From contig JALUTT010000048.1 in assembly GCA_027021705.1 (NCBI GenBank), positions 83,654 through 147,653 of the forward strand: a DNA stretch of 64,000 nucleotides, in the 5' to 3' direction. Shown piece by piece: positions 48,895-57,899 of this stretch. This DNA comes from Anaerolineae bacterium (GTDB taxonomy: Bacteria > Chloroflexota > Anaerolineae > S140-20). A program made the position numbers and the translations under genes. Below the pieces are notes generated by a model. That model did not search any database. It saw nothing but the letters and a program-made list of their open reading frames with translations, and had not been told where the DNA came from. How positions within the stretch are numbered: the first letter of the stretch is position 1; every line of letters starts with the position of its first letter.

Positions 48895-48950
48895 ACCCGT
48901 CGCCTTGTCGCCTTGTTGCCCCGTCAACTCATTGCCTCACTGCCTTGTTG
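48895..48950. repeat. Degenerate 8-mer tandem array (TYGCCYYR)
   Basis: TCGCCTTG TCGCCTTG TTGCCCCG..TTGCCTCA CTGCCTTG; same family at 57628-57680. Confidence 0.65.
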
Positions 48951-48988
48951 ACCCATAGGTTCGTTGATCCACCAACCGGAGGCTCCCG

Positions 48989-49750
48989 ATGCGCGACACG
49001 ACCTTCTTCGAGCAGGTCACCCAGGTCGAGACCCCCTGGCGCGACCAGACGATCCGGCTGCCCATCTTCTACTACGACGTCACCACCGTCGCCGCCGCCT
49101 TCCTGACCCCGTTGGCCCCGGTGCGGGCCCTGCTCCCCTCCCCTCGACTCCAACCGCTGCGGGCCACCCCCTGGCACACGGTGACCATCATCACCGCCTT
49201 CGAGTACCGCGACAGCGACATCGGCCCCTACAACGAAGTCGCCATCGCCTTCCCCATCACCCTGGACCGGCCGGCCCCGATCCTCACCGGCCTCCTGCGG
49301 GCAATGGCGGCGGGGCCGCTGGCCTACGTCCACCACCTGCCGGTGACGACGGAGATCGCCTACCACGCCGGCGTGGACTTCTACAACTACCCCAAGTTCG
49401 TCGCCCAGATCACCTTCCGGCGGGAGGGGGAGTGGCTGCACTGCCACCTGGCCGAGGGAGAGCGTTCCATCCTCACCCTGACGGTGCGCCAGCTTCCCAC
49501 GCGCCCCTTCGACCGCTGGCGCTTCCACGGCATCACCTTCCGCGAGGAGCGCATCCTGCGCAGTGAGGTCATCGTCAACGTGCGCCGGCAGGCCATCTCC
49601 CGCAACCCGGCCCACGTTCGCCTGGCACTGGGCGACCACCCCATCGCCCAGGAGCTGCGGGACCTGGGCCTGGGGCGGGCCGTCCACGTCCAGTACATCC
49701 CCCAGAACCAGGCCATTCTGACGCCGGTGCTGGAGAGCTATGGGGCGTGA
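48989..49750 (+). CDS. Acetoacetate decarboxylase-like (ADC superfamily) protein
   Basis: LPIFYYD, FEYRDSDIGPYNE, HLPVT, G...YNYPKF (Schiff-base Lys position). Confidence 0.8.
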   Translation: MRDTTFFEQVTQVETPWRDQTIRLPIFYYDVTTVAAAFLTPLAPVRALLPSPRLQPLRATPWHTVTIITAFEYRDSDIGPYNEVAIAFPITLDRPAPILTGLLRAMAAGPLAYVHHLPVTTEIAYHAGVDFYNYPKFVAQITFRREGEWLHCHLAEGERSILTLTVRQLPTRPFDRWRFHGITFREERILRSEVIVNVRRQAISRNPAHVRLALGDHPIAQELRDLGLGRAVHVQYIPQNQAILTPVLESYGA

Positions 49751-49871
49751 AGCGTGAGGCGTGAGGCGTGAAACGTGGGGCGTGAGGCGTGAAACGTGAG
49801 GCGTGAAACGTGAGGCGTGAAGCGTGAAGCGTGAGGCGTGAAGCGTGAAACGTGAGGCGTGAAACGTGAAG
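49746..49871. repeat. Heptamer tandem array (CGTGARR) x18
   Basis: Exact 7-nt period, starting at the ADC stop codon. Confidence 0.95.
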
Positions 49872-49892
49872 GGTAAGGAGTAGGGGAGTTCG

Positions 49893-51314
49893 ATGCGCGA
49901 ACCGTCGTTGTTGGAGGCTTATCCGGCTTTAGAGTTGATCCGGCGTTCCCACCCCCGCTTCGTTGAGCGGTTGGCCCGGGTCCAGGAGGACGCCCGCGAC
50001 TTCGCCCGGCGCTACGTGGCCCCCATCGCCCTGGAGGTGGACGCCCGCGTCGCCCGCGAGCCCACCTACTTCCCCTGGGAGATCGTCCATCGGGGGGCCG
50101 AGCGGGGCTACCTCACCTTCAACCTGCCCCGGATGGTCGGCGGAGGCGGCCAGACGACGCTGGCGACGTCCATCCTGATGGAAGAGCTCTGCGCCCAGTG
50201 CGCCGGCATCGCCAACATCTTCGGTGCCCACGCCCTGGGGCTGGCCCCCCTGCTGGTGGGCGGCTACGATATGCAGAAGTACTACCGCTTCCTCCAGGAA
50301 ACGGTCCGGGGCGAACGGGAGGGGCAGCCGGTCCTCTGGGCCTTCGCCATCACCGAACCCGGCGCCGGCTCCGACATCGAGGACGCCGATGAGGTGAACC
50401 GGATCGAGGGGATCACCCACGCCCGGCGGGTCGCAGGGGGCTACCGGCTCAACGGGCGCAAGGTCTTCATCTCCAACGGCAGCGTGGCCCGGTACGTCAC
50501 CGTCTACGCCGCCCTGGACCGGGCCGACCCCCGCCGGACGATGGTCGGCCTGGTGGTGCCCAGCGATGCCCCCGGCTTCACCGTGGCCCGCGTCGAGCAC
50601 AAGATGGGCCAGCGGGCCTGTCCGGCGGCCGAACTGGTCTTCGAGGACCTCTTCGTGCCGGAGGAGTACCGGATGGGGGCCGAGGGGGCGGGGATGGCCC
50701 AGTTGGAGGCGGTGCTGAGCGCCTCGCGGGGGCCGGTGGGGGCCATCGCCACCGGCATCGCCCGGGGGGCGCTGGAGCGGGCCTGGGCCTACGCCGCCGA
50801 CAAGGTGGTGGACGGCCACCGGCTCATCGAGGAGCAGTGGGTCCAGATCGCCCTGGCCGAGATGGCCACCCAGGTCCACGCCGCCCGCCAGGCCTACTTC
50901 GCCGCCACGCTGCTGGTGGACTTGACCAACCCGATCCTCTCCCGTGCCATCGTCGGGCGGACCGACGTGGGCGGCTTGGTGGAGCGGCTGATCGGGGCCG
51001 TCGTGGACCTGGGGCTGGTGCGGGCGCTGACGACGCAGCCGGCCGTCAGCAGCGCCATCACCGCCTACCTGACGGAGCGGGAGACGCCGGCGGTCCGGCG
51101 CTCTCGCGCCTTGCGCTCGGCTCTGGCCTCGGCGGCCAAGGTGCTGGGCAGCGATGCAGCGATGGCCGTCACCGCCCGCGCCCTGGAGATCGCCGGGGCC
51201 GACGGCACCCGCCGCGAGCTGGGGCTGGAGAAGCAGTTCCGGGATGCCAAGCTGACCCAAATCTACGAGGGGACCAACCAGATCAACCGGCTGAACCTCT
51301 TCAAGCGGCTGTAG
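49893..51314 (+). CDS. Acyl-CoA/acyl-ACP dehydrogenase (catalytic-type subunit, with insertion)
   Basis: FAITEPGAGSD, LNGRKVFISNG, KMGQR, RDAKLTQIYEGTNQ. Confidence 0.9.
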   Translation: MREPSLLEAYPALELIRRSHPRFVERLARVQEDARDFARRYVAPIALEVDARVAREPTYFPWEIVHRGAERGYLTFNLPRMVGGGGQTTLATSILMEELCAQCAGIANIFGAHALGLAPLLVGGYDMQKYYRFLQETVRGEREGQPVLWAFAITEPGAGSDIEDADEVNRIEGITHARRVAGGYRLNGRKVFISNGSVARYVTVYAALDRADPRRTMVGLVVPSDAPGFTVARVEHKMGQRACPAAELVFEDLFVPEEYRMGAEGAGMAQLEAVLSASRGPVGAIATGIARGALERAWAYAADKVVDGHRLIEEQWVQIALAEMATQVHAARQAYFAATLLVDLTNPILSRAIVGRTDVGGLVERLIGAVVDLGLVRALTTQPAVSSAITAYLTERETPAVRRSRALRSALASAAKVLGSDAAMAVTARALEIAGADGTRRELGLEKQFRDAKLTQIYEGTNQINRLNLFKRL

Positions 51315-51324
51315 GGGAGAAACG

Positions 51325-52410
51325 ATGACCGAATTGACCGCAATCCAGACAGCCGTGCGCACCTTTGCCCAGCGGAGCGTCCGGCCGGCCCTGGAGACCT
51401 ACGACCGGCAGCCTGACTCCGGCTTCCCTTGGAGCATCGTGCAGCAGGGGGAGGCGATGGGGCTCACGCTGATGACGGTGCCGGAGGCCTGGGGTGGGGC
51501 AGGGATGGACCTGGTCGCCGCCGGCGTGGCCCTGGAGGAGGTCGCGGCGGTCTGTCCCGGCTTCGCTACCCTCTTCGCCGCGTCCTTGTGGGGGATCGCG
51601 CCGCTGGTGCTGGCGGCCGACGAGGTCCGGGGCCGGCGGCTGCTGGAGACCTCGCCTGCCGAGGGGGCTGCCACCCGGCTGGCCGCCCTCGTCGCGCCGG
51701 AGATGGGGCGGACGCCGACGGTGCGGGCCGTCCCCCAGGACAACGGCTACCGGCTGGATGGGGAAGCCCCCTTCGTCTTCAACGCCGGCGTGGCCGGCCT
51801 CTACACCCTCTTCGCCGAGGCCGGCGAGGGGATGATCTGCGCCGCCCTGCCGGCCGGAAGCCCCGGCCTGCACGTCAGCAGCCCCATCGCCAAGCTGGGG
51901 CTCCAAGTGGCCCCGGCCGGCGACCTGACCTTCGAGGGCGTGTGGGTGCCGGAGGAGAACCTCCTGGCCCGGTCCGGCGACGCGGAGGCGCTCCTGCGCC
52001 GGGTCGAGGCCTGGCGTCAGGGGCTGATCGGCGCGGTGGCCGTGGGCATCCTCCGGGCAGCGTTGCGGGAGGCGACGGCCTACGCCCAACAGCGTCGCCA
52101 GGGCGGGAAGCTCATCATCCACCACCACGCCGTCGCCACCCTCCTGGCCGAGATGCGGATGGGGCTGGAGGCCGCCCGGGCCGTCGTCCGTCAGGCGCTG
52201 GGCGAGCCCGAAGACCCCGATCGGGCGCTCCTGGCCCGCCTCCACGCCACCGAAGCAGCTTGCGCGGCCACCACCGACGCCGTCCAGGTCTTCGGCGGCT
52301 ACGGCTACATGGCCGACTACCCCGTCGAGAAGCTGATGTGCGATGCTCGCCAACTCGCCCTCATCGGCGGGAGCAACAGCCGGCTGCGTCTGCTGACCGT
52401 CGCGGCCTAG
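51325..52410 (+). CDS. Acyl-CoA dehydrogenase-like protein (degenerate, probably non-catalytic partner)
   Basis: KLGL, RRQGGK and QVFGGYGY are kept; the TEP motif is absent and YEGT is replaced by IGGS. Confidence 0.8.
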   Translation: MTELTAIQTAVRTFAQRSVRPALETYDRQPDSGFPWSIVQQGEAMGLTLMTVPEAWGGAGMDLVAAGVALEEVAAVCPGFATLFAASLWGIAPLVLAADEVRGRRLLETSPAEGAATRLAALVAPEMGRTPTVRAVPQDNGYRLDGEAPFVFNAGVAGLYTLFAEAGEGMICAALPAGSPGLHVSSPIAKLGLQVAPAGDLTFEGVWVPEENLLARSGDAEALLRRVEAWRQGLIGAVAVGILRAALREATAYAQQRRQGGKLIIHHHAVATLLAEMRMGLEAARAVVRQALGEPEDPDRALLARLHATEAACAATTDAVQVFGGYGYMADYPVEKLMCDARQLALIGGSNSRLRLLTVAA

Positions 52411-52574
52411 CGGCTAGCGGCCTGGCGGCCTAGCGGCTAGCGGCCTAGCGGCCTAGCGGCTAGCGGCCTGGCGGCCTAGCGGCTAGCGGCCTGGCGGCCT
52501 AGCGATTAGCGGCTTAGCGGCGGACTGAGGACTGAGGACTGAGGACCACCTGACCACCCGACCACTCGACCATC
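52402..52574. repeat. Composite short tandem array: (GCGGC[C]TA/G)n + (GGACTGA)3 + (GACCACYY)4
   Basis: Starts at the ACAD2 stop codon; 7/8-nt units. Confidence 0.9.
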
Positions 52575-52580
52575 CCCGTT

Positions 52581-52635
52581 TCTAACACGCTTTTAACCCC
52601 CACGCAACCTGGGTTTAACGATTCCCTGTTAGACT
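52581..52635 (+). promoter_or_regulatory. Activator-dependent promoter: four 11-bp-period (T)AAC boxes + extended -10
   Basis: AAC ends at 52586, 52597, 52608 and 52619; TGtTAGACT at 52627-52635. Confidence 0.65.
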
Positions 52636-52736
52636 GTCGGACGGTAGGGGGGCCCTTTCGCCCTTCCTCTTGGCGTTGTGTGGGTGCGGGCGAAGGGAAA
52701 AGCCGGTAAAGGTATCCGACATCAGGAGGGGTAGAG

Positions 52737-52991
52737 ATGACCATTGAGGAGCAGATTCGTCGTTACCTGGCCGAGAACTTCCTCTTCTCCGACAACGGCT
52801 TCCAGTTCGACGATGAAGCATCCTTCCTGGAAGAAGGGATCGTGGACTCCACCGGGGTGCTGGAGCTGATCCTCTTCGCCGAAGAGACCTTTGGCATCCA
52901 GGTGGAGGATGACGAGGTCGTCCCGGAGAACTTTGACTCGGTGCGCAGTCTGGCGGACTACATCCGACGCAAGATGGGGCAGCCGGCGTAG
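52737..52991 (+). CDS. Acyl carrier protein
   Basis: Acidic 84 aa, GIVDSTG phosphopantetheine Ser, ENFDS. Confidence 0.93.
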   Translation: MTIEEQIRRYLAENFLFSDNGFQFDDEASFLEEGIVDSTGVLELILFAEETFGIQVEDDEVVPENFDSVRSLADYIRRKMGQPA

Positions 52992-53017
52992 CCCCCTTGT
53001 AGAGCCTGGAGCGGCCC

Positions 53018-54553
53018 ATGTTGCTCGTACAGGATTTCCTTCAGGAGAGTGCCCAACGGACGCCGGACAAGGTGGCGCTGATCTGCGACGGTCAGCGCCT
53101 GACCTATGCCCAGGTGGATGCGATGGCCGATCGGTTGGCCAACGCCCTGCGAGACCACGGGGTGCAGCGGGGCGACCGGGTGGTGATCTTCCTGCCCAAC
53201 AGCGTCGAGGCGGCCGTTTCCATTTTCGCCGTGCTCAAGGCCGGCGCCGTCTTCGTCGTCATCAACGCCACGACCAAGCCCCAGAAGCTGGCCTACATCC
53301 TCAACAACAGCCGGGCGACGGCGCTGATCACCTGGGACCGCCGGGCCGACGTCGCCGCCCAGATGAAGGCCCAGGTCCCTTCCCTCAAGTTCGCCGTCCT
53401 GACCGGAAAGAAGGCGGGAGAGCGGGCTGCCCTGCGGGAGGATTTCCTCGCCTTCGACGAGATCCAGGCCCACTACCCGGCCACCCGCCCGCCCCGGCTC
53501 TGCATTGACCAGGACCTGGCCTGCCTCATCTACACCTCCGGCAGCACCGGCGAGCCCAAGGGGGTGATGTCGGCCCACAGCAACGTCGTCGCAGCGGCTT
53601 CGTCCATCATCCAGTACCTCCAGAACGTCCCCGAGGACATCATCATCAACGTGCTGCCCCTCAGTTTCGACTACGGCCTCTACCAACTCCTGATGGCCTT
53701 TAAGTTCGGTGGCACGCTGGTGCTAGAGCGCTCCTTCGCCTACCCGGCCCAGATCCTCCGCCGGATGGAGGAGGAGCGGGTGACCGGCTTCCCCGGCGTT
53801 CCCACCATCTTCGCCATCTTGTTGCAGATGGACCTCAGCCCCTACGACCTCTCCAGCCTGCGCTACATGACCAACACGGCGGCCGCGCTGCCCCCCAGCC
53901 ACATCCAGCAACTGCGGGAGAAGTTCCCCTGGGTGACCCTCTACTCGATGTACGGCCTGACCGAGTGCAAGCGGGTCTCCTACCTGCCGCCGGAGGAGCT
54001 GGACCGCCGGCCCGCCTCCGTGGGCATCCCCATCCCCAACAGCGAGGTCTGGATCGTGGACGAGGAGGGGAACCGGCTGGGACCGCGCCAGATCGGCGAG
54101 TTGGTCGTCCGGGGAGCCCACGTGATGCGGGGCTACTGGGAGGCCCCCGAGGCCACGGCCGAGCGCTACCGTCCCGGCCCCCTGCCCGGCGAGCGGGTCC
54201 TCTACACCGGTGACCTCTTCTGGATGGACGAGGATGGGTTCCTCTACTTCGTCGGGCGCAAGGACGACATCATCAAGAGTCGGGGCGAAAAGGTCGCGCC
54301 CAAGGAGATCGAAAACGTCCTCTACGAGATCCCCGGCGTCGTCGAGGCCGCCGTCATCGGCGTTCCCGATCCCATCTTGGGGGAGGCGATCAAAGCCTTC
54401 GTCGTCCTCGACGGCGTGACGCTCACCGAGAGAGATATTCTGCGCCACTGCCGGGCCCGCCTGGAGGACTTTATGGTGCCCCAGTACGTGGAGATTCGCG
54501 ACAGCCTGCCCAAGACCGCCAGTGGGAAGATCAAGAAGACCGCGCTGAGGTAG
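53018..54553 (+). CDS. Adenylate-forming enzyme (acyl-CoA/ACP ligase)
   Basis: YTSGSTGEPKG, PLSFDYG, YGLTE, TGD, GRKDD, LPKTASGK. Confidence 0.93.
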   Translation: MLLVQDFLQESAQRTPDKVALICDGQRLTYAQVDAMADRLANALRDHGVQRGDRVVIFLPNSVEAAVSIFAVLKAGAVFVVINATTKPQKLAYILNNSRATALITWDRRADVAAQMKAQVPSLKFAVLTGKKAGERAALREDFLAFDEIQAHYPATRPPRLCIDQDLACLIYTSGSTGEPKGVMSAHSNVVAAASSIIQYLQNVPEDIIINVLPLSFDYGLYQLLMAFKFGGTLVLERSFAYPAQILRRMEEERVTGFPGVPTIFAILLQMDLSPYDLSSLRYMTNTAAALPPSHIQQLREKFPWVTLYSMYGLTECKRVSYLPPEELDRRPASVGIPIPNSEVWIVDEEGNRLGPRQIGELVVRGAHVMRGYWEAPEATAERYRPGPLPGERVLYTGDLFWMDEDGFLYFVGRKDDIIKSRGEKVAPKEIENVLYEIPGVVEAAVIGVPDPILGEAIKAFVVLDGVTLTERDILRHCRARLEDFMVPQYVEIRDSLPKTASGKIKKTALR

Positions 54554-54560
54554 GGGACCT

Positions 54561-56591
54561 ATGTGTGGCATCGTCGGCACCCTCAACCTGACCAAGGCCC
54601 ATCCCATCCAAGAGAGCACCCTGCGTCAGATGCTGGGGATGATCCGCCACCGGGGGCCGGATCAGTTCGGCCTCTACCTGGACGACCTGGTGGGGCTGGG
54701 GAACGCCCGCCTGAGCATCATTGACCTGGGCGGCGGGCAACAGCCCATCGGCAACGAGGCGGAGACCCTCTGGATCGTCTTCAACGGGGAGATCTTCAAC
54801 TACGTGGAACTGCGCCCAACGCTGGAGGCGCGGGGCCACCGTTTCGCCACCGACACCGATACCGAGGTCATCGTCCACCTCTACGAGGAGTACGGCACCG
54901 ACTGCGTCCAGTACCTCAACGGTCAGTTCGCCTTCGCCCTCTGGGACAGCGAGACGGAAACGCTCTTCCTGGCCCGTGACCGGCTGGGCATCCGCCCCCT
55001 CTACTACACCGTTCAGGATGGGGCCTTGATCTTCGCCTCGGAGATCAAGGCGCTCCTGGCCGATCCCCGGGTGCCGGCCGCGTTGGACCCGGTGACGCTG
55101 GACCAGATCTTCACCTTCTGGAGCCCTCTTTCCCCCCGCACCGCCTTTCAGGGGATCTTGACGCTGCCGCCGGGCCACACGCTGGTTGCCCGGCGGGGCC
55201 GGCTCTTCCTGGAGCGCTACTGGCGGCTCGACTTCCCCGAGGCAGGCCAAGAGCCCCGTCGCCCCGTCGAGGAGTATGCCGACGAGCTGCGCACCCTGCT
55301 CATTGACGCCACCCGCATCCGGCTGCGGGCCGACGTGCCGGTGGGGGCCTACCTGAGCGGTGGGCTGGACTCCTCGACGATCACCGCCCTGATCCGCCGC
55401 TACACGGGCAACGACCTGGAGACCTTCTCCATCGCCTTCACCGACGAGAACTACGACGAGAGCGGCTTCCAGCGGGAGATGGCCCGCTTCCTGGGCACCC
55501 GTCACCACCAGATCACCTGCACCCACGACGACATCGGGGAGGTCTTCCCCCAGGTGATCTGGCACACCGAGGTGCCCATTATGCGCACCTCGCCGGCTCC
55601 CCTCTTCCTCCTCTCCCGGCTGGTGCGGGACCACGGCCTGAAGGTCGTCCTCACGGGCGAGGGGGCCGACGAGTTCCTGGCCGGCTACAACATCTTCAAA
55701 GAGGCGAAGATCCGCCGCTTCTGGGCCCGACAACCCGATTCCCCCTGGCGCCCCCTGCTCCTCCATCGGCTCTACCCCTACATCCAGGAGTTGCAGGAGG
55801 GAGGGCGCTACCTGACCGCCTTCTTCGGGCGCCGGCTCACCGACGTGCACGCCGCCGACTATTCCCACGCCATCCGCTGGCACAACACCAGCCGGACGCG
55901 CCGCTTCTTCTCGAGGCAGTTGCGGGCTTCTCTCAACGGCTGGGACGGCCCGCCCACCAGCAAGATCACCCTGGACGAGCGCTTCTTCCGCTGGAGCCCG
56001 CTGGCCCAGGCCCAGTACCTGGAGATCACCATCTTCCTCGCCGAGTACCTGCTCTCCTCCCAAGGGGATCGGGTGGCGATGGCCCATTCCATCGAGGGGC
56101 GCTTCCCCTTCCTCGACTACCGGGTGGTCGAGTTCTGCAACCGGCTGCCGCCCACGCTGAAGCTGCGCGGTCTGCAGGAGAAGTACCTGCTCAAGCGGGC
56201 GATGAAGGACCTCCTGCCGGAACAGGTGTGGCGCCGGCCCAAGCGACCCTACCGGGCCCCCATCCACCGCAGCTTCTTCCCCGGCGGCCGGCCCCTGGAC
56301 TACGTGGAGCACCTGCTCTCCCCTCAGGTGGTGGCGGAGGCGGGCTACTTCAACCCCCGGGCGGTCCAGCAGCTGGTGGCCAAGATTCGGCGCGGAGGGC
56401 CGGTGGGGGAGAGCGATGAGATGGCGCTGGCCGGCATTCTCTCGACCCAACTGGTTCACCAGCTCTTCATCGAAGGGTTCCGGCCGCATCCTCCCCTCAC
56501 TGCCGAGGACGACGTGAAGGTCGTGGCCCGAGGACCCCACGCCCGCCGTGGGGACGTCCTGCAGGTCACCGGCGGTGGGAGACAAGCCTGA
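54561..56591 (+). CDS. asnB: Asparagine synthase (glutamine-hydrolysing)-like amidotransferase
   Basis: MCGI N-terminal Cys, HRGPD, NGEIFN, DTE, LSGGLDSS, GEGADE, RFPFLD. Confidence 0.92.
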   Translation: MCGIVGTLNLTKAHPIQESTLRQMLGMIRHRGPDQFGLYLDDLVGLGNARLSIIDLGGGQQPIGNEAETLWIVFNGEIFNYVELRPTLEARGHRFATDTDTEVIVHLYEEYGTDCVQYLNGQFAFALWDSETETLFLARDRLGIRPLYYTVQDGALIFASEIKALLADPRVPAALDPVTLDQIFTFWSPLSPRTAFQGILTLPPGHTLVARRGRLFLERYWRLDFPEAGQEPRRPVEEYADELRTLLIDATRIRLRADVPVGAYLSGGLDSSTITALIRRYTGNDLETFSIAFTDENYDESGFQREMARFLGTRHHQITCTHDDIGEVFPQVIWHTEVPIMRTSPAPLFLLSRLVRDHGLKVVLTGEGADEFLAGYNIFKEAKIRRFWARQPDSPWRPLLLHRLYPYIQELQEGGRYLTAFFGRRLTDVHAADYSHAIRWHNTSRTRRFFSRQLRASLNGWDGPPTSKITLDERFFRWSPLAQAQYLEITIFLAEYLLSSQGDRVAMAHSIEGRFPFLDYRVVEFCNRLPPTLKLRGLQEKYLLKRAMKDLLPEQVWRRPKRPYRAPIHRSFFPGGRPLDYVEHLLSPQVVAEAGYFNPRAVQQLVAKIRRGGPVGESDEMALAGILSTQLVHQLFIEGFRPHPPLTAEDDVKVVARGPHARRGDVLQVTGGGRQA

Positions 56592-56610
56592 GCAAAGGGA
56601 GCAAGAGACG

Positions 56611-57603
56611 ATGGGGTTTCACCGACACGTTTTGGACCTAGACCCGGCCCAGGAGGTCGAGCGCATCGTGGCCCAACTGCGGCGCGATGTTCTGGAGCGG
56701 CTGCACCGTCGCGGTGGCGTCGTCGGCATCAGCGGCGGCGTGGACTCCTCCGTTGTGCTGGCCCTCGCCGTCCGCGCCCTGGGGGCGGAGCGGGTGGTGG
56801 GCGTGCTGCTCCCGGAGAAGGAGTCCAGCCCGGAGAGCGTCGTCCTGGCCCGCCAGGTGGCCCGCCAGTTCGGCGTAGAGACGGTGGTGGAGGATGTGAC
56901 GGGGCCGCTCATCGGCTTCGGGGCCTACCGCCGACGCGACGAGGCCATCCGCGCCATCTTCCCCGAGTACGACGCCACCTACAAGGTCAAGATCACCCTG
57001 CCGCCGGGCATCCTGGAGCGGGGAACCCTCAACGTCTTCCGTTTGACCATCGTCAGCCCCGAGGGGGAGGAGAAGACCCGCCGGCTGCGCCCTCAGGAAC
57101 TGCGCCAGATCGTCGCGGCGACCAACTTCAAGCAGCGCAGCCGGATGGCGATGCTCTACTACCACGCCGAACTGCGGGACTACGCCGTCATCGGCACGGC
57201 CAACAAGAACGAGCACGATCAGGGCTTCTTCGTCAAGTACGGCGATGGCGGGGCCGACGTGATGCCCATCGTGCACCTCTACAAGACCCAGGTCTACCAA
57301 CTGGCGGAGTACCTGGAGATCCCCGAAGAGATCCGCCATCGTCCCCCCACTTCCGACACCTACAGCGCCCCCAGCACCCAGGAGGAGTTCTTCTTCCGGC
57401 TCCCCTTCGAGGTGATGGACCTGCTCTGGTATGCCCAGGAGCACGGCGTCCCTATCCCAGAGGTGGCCCAGGTGATGGGGCTGACCGAGGAGCAGGTGCA
57501 GCGGGTCTTCGACGATCTCACCCGCAAGCGACGGACGACCGACTACCTGCGGATGCCCATCCTGCGGCTGGACGGGGGGCAGGGCGGCGGGACCGCGGGA
57601 TAG
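56611..57603 (+). CDS. nadE: NH3-dependent NAD+ synthetase-like ATP pyrophosphatase
   Basis: GISGGVDS, NFKQRSRM, GFFVKYGDG, LYKTQVY, RPPT; no glutaminase domain. Confidence 0.85.
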   Translation: MGFHRHVLDLDPAQEVERIVAQLRRDVLERLHRRGGVVGISGGVDSSVVLALAVRALGAERVVGVLLPEKESSPESVVLARQVARQFGVETVVEDVTGPLIGFGAYRRRDEAIRAIFPEYDATYKVKITLPPGILERGTLNVFRLTIVSPEGEEKTRRLRPQELRQIVAATNFKQRSRMAMLYYHAELRDYAVIGTANKNEHDQGFFVKYGDGGADVMPIVHLYKTQVYQLAEYLEIPEEIRHRPPTSDTYSAPSTQEEFFFRLPFEVMDLLWYAQEHGVPIPEVAQVMGLTEEQVQRVFDDLTRKRRTTDYLRMPILRLDGGQGGGTAG

Positions 57604-57695
57604 AGTAGCAGAATAGCCTCTGCATCCCATCGCCTCGTCGCCTCATTGCCTCATCACCCCACTGCCCCATTGCCTCGTTCCCCCCTCACCACGAT

Positions 57696-57723
57696 TTGCC
57701 AGAAGGCGAAAACCGGATATAAT
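57696..57723 (+). promoter_or_regulatory. Sigma70 promoter of the kinase/regulator pair
   Basis: TTGCCA, N16, TATAAT. Confidence 0.65.
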
Positions 57724-57736
57724 CGGTAGTGTCTGG

Positions 57737-57857
57737 GTATCTTACAGCCTACCCTCCCGCAGGTCACCGGTCGAGGGCGGTTTCAGCCCCGATGGGCTAT
57801 TGGAAGCACGGTTTCGCGTCGGAAACGCGCCTAACTTGCGGGAGGGTGAACAGTTAC
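57737..57857 (+). mobile_element. MITE family A copy 4
   Basis: Perfect 8-bp TSD GTGTCTGG at 57729-57736 and 57858-57865. Confidence 0.9.
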
Positions 57858-57899
57858 GTGTCTGGCCCGTTGGCGAAAGCTTGGGGAAGATGCCGGCCT

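Noticed and set aside
57729..57899. N-terminal extension of the kinase given by the ORF track (similar cases at 4602, 17191, 25664, 63731)
   Set aside because: Extensions run through MITE, promoter or repeat DNA; downstream starts fit domain boundaries and usually an RBS better.
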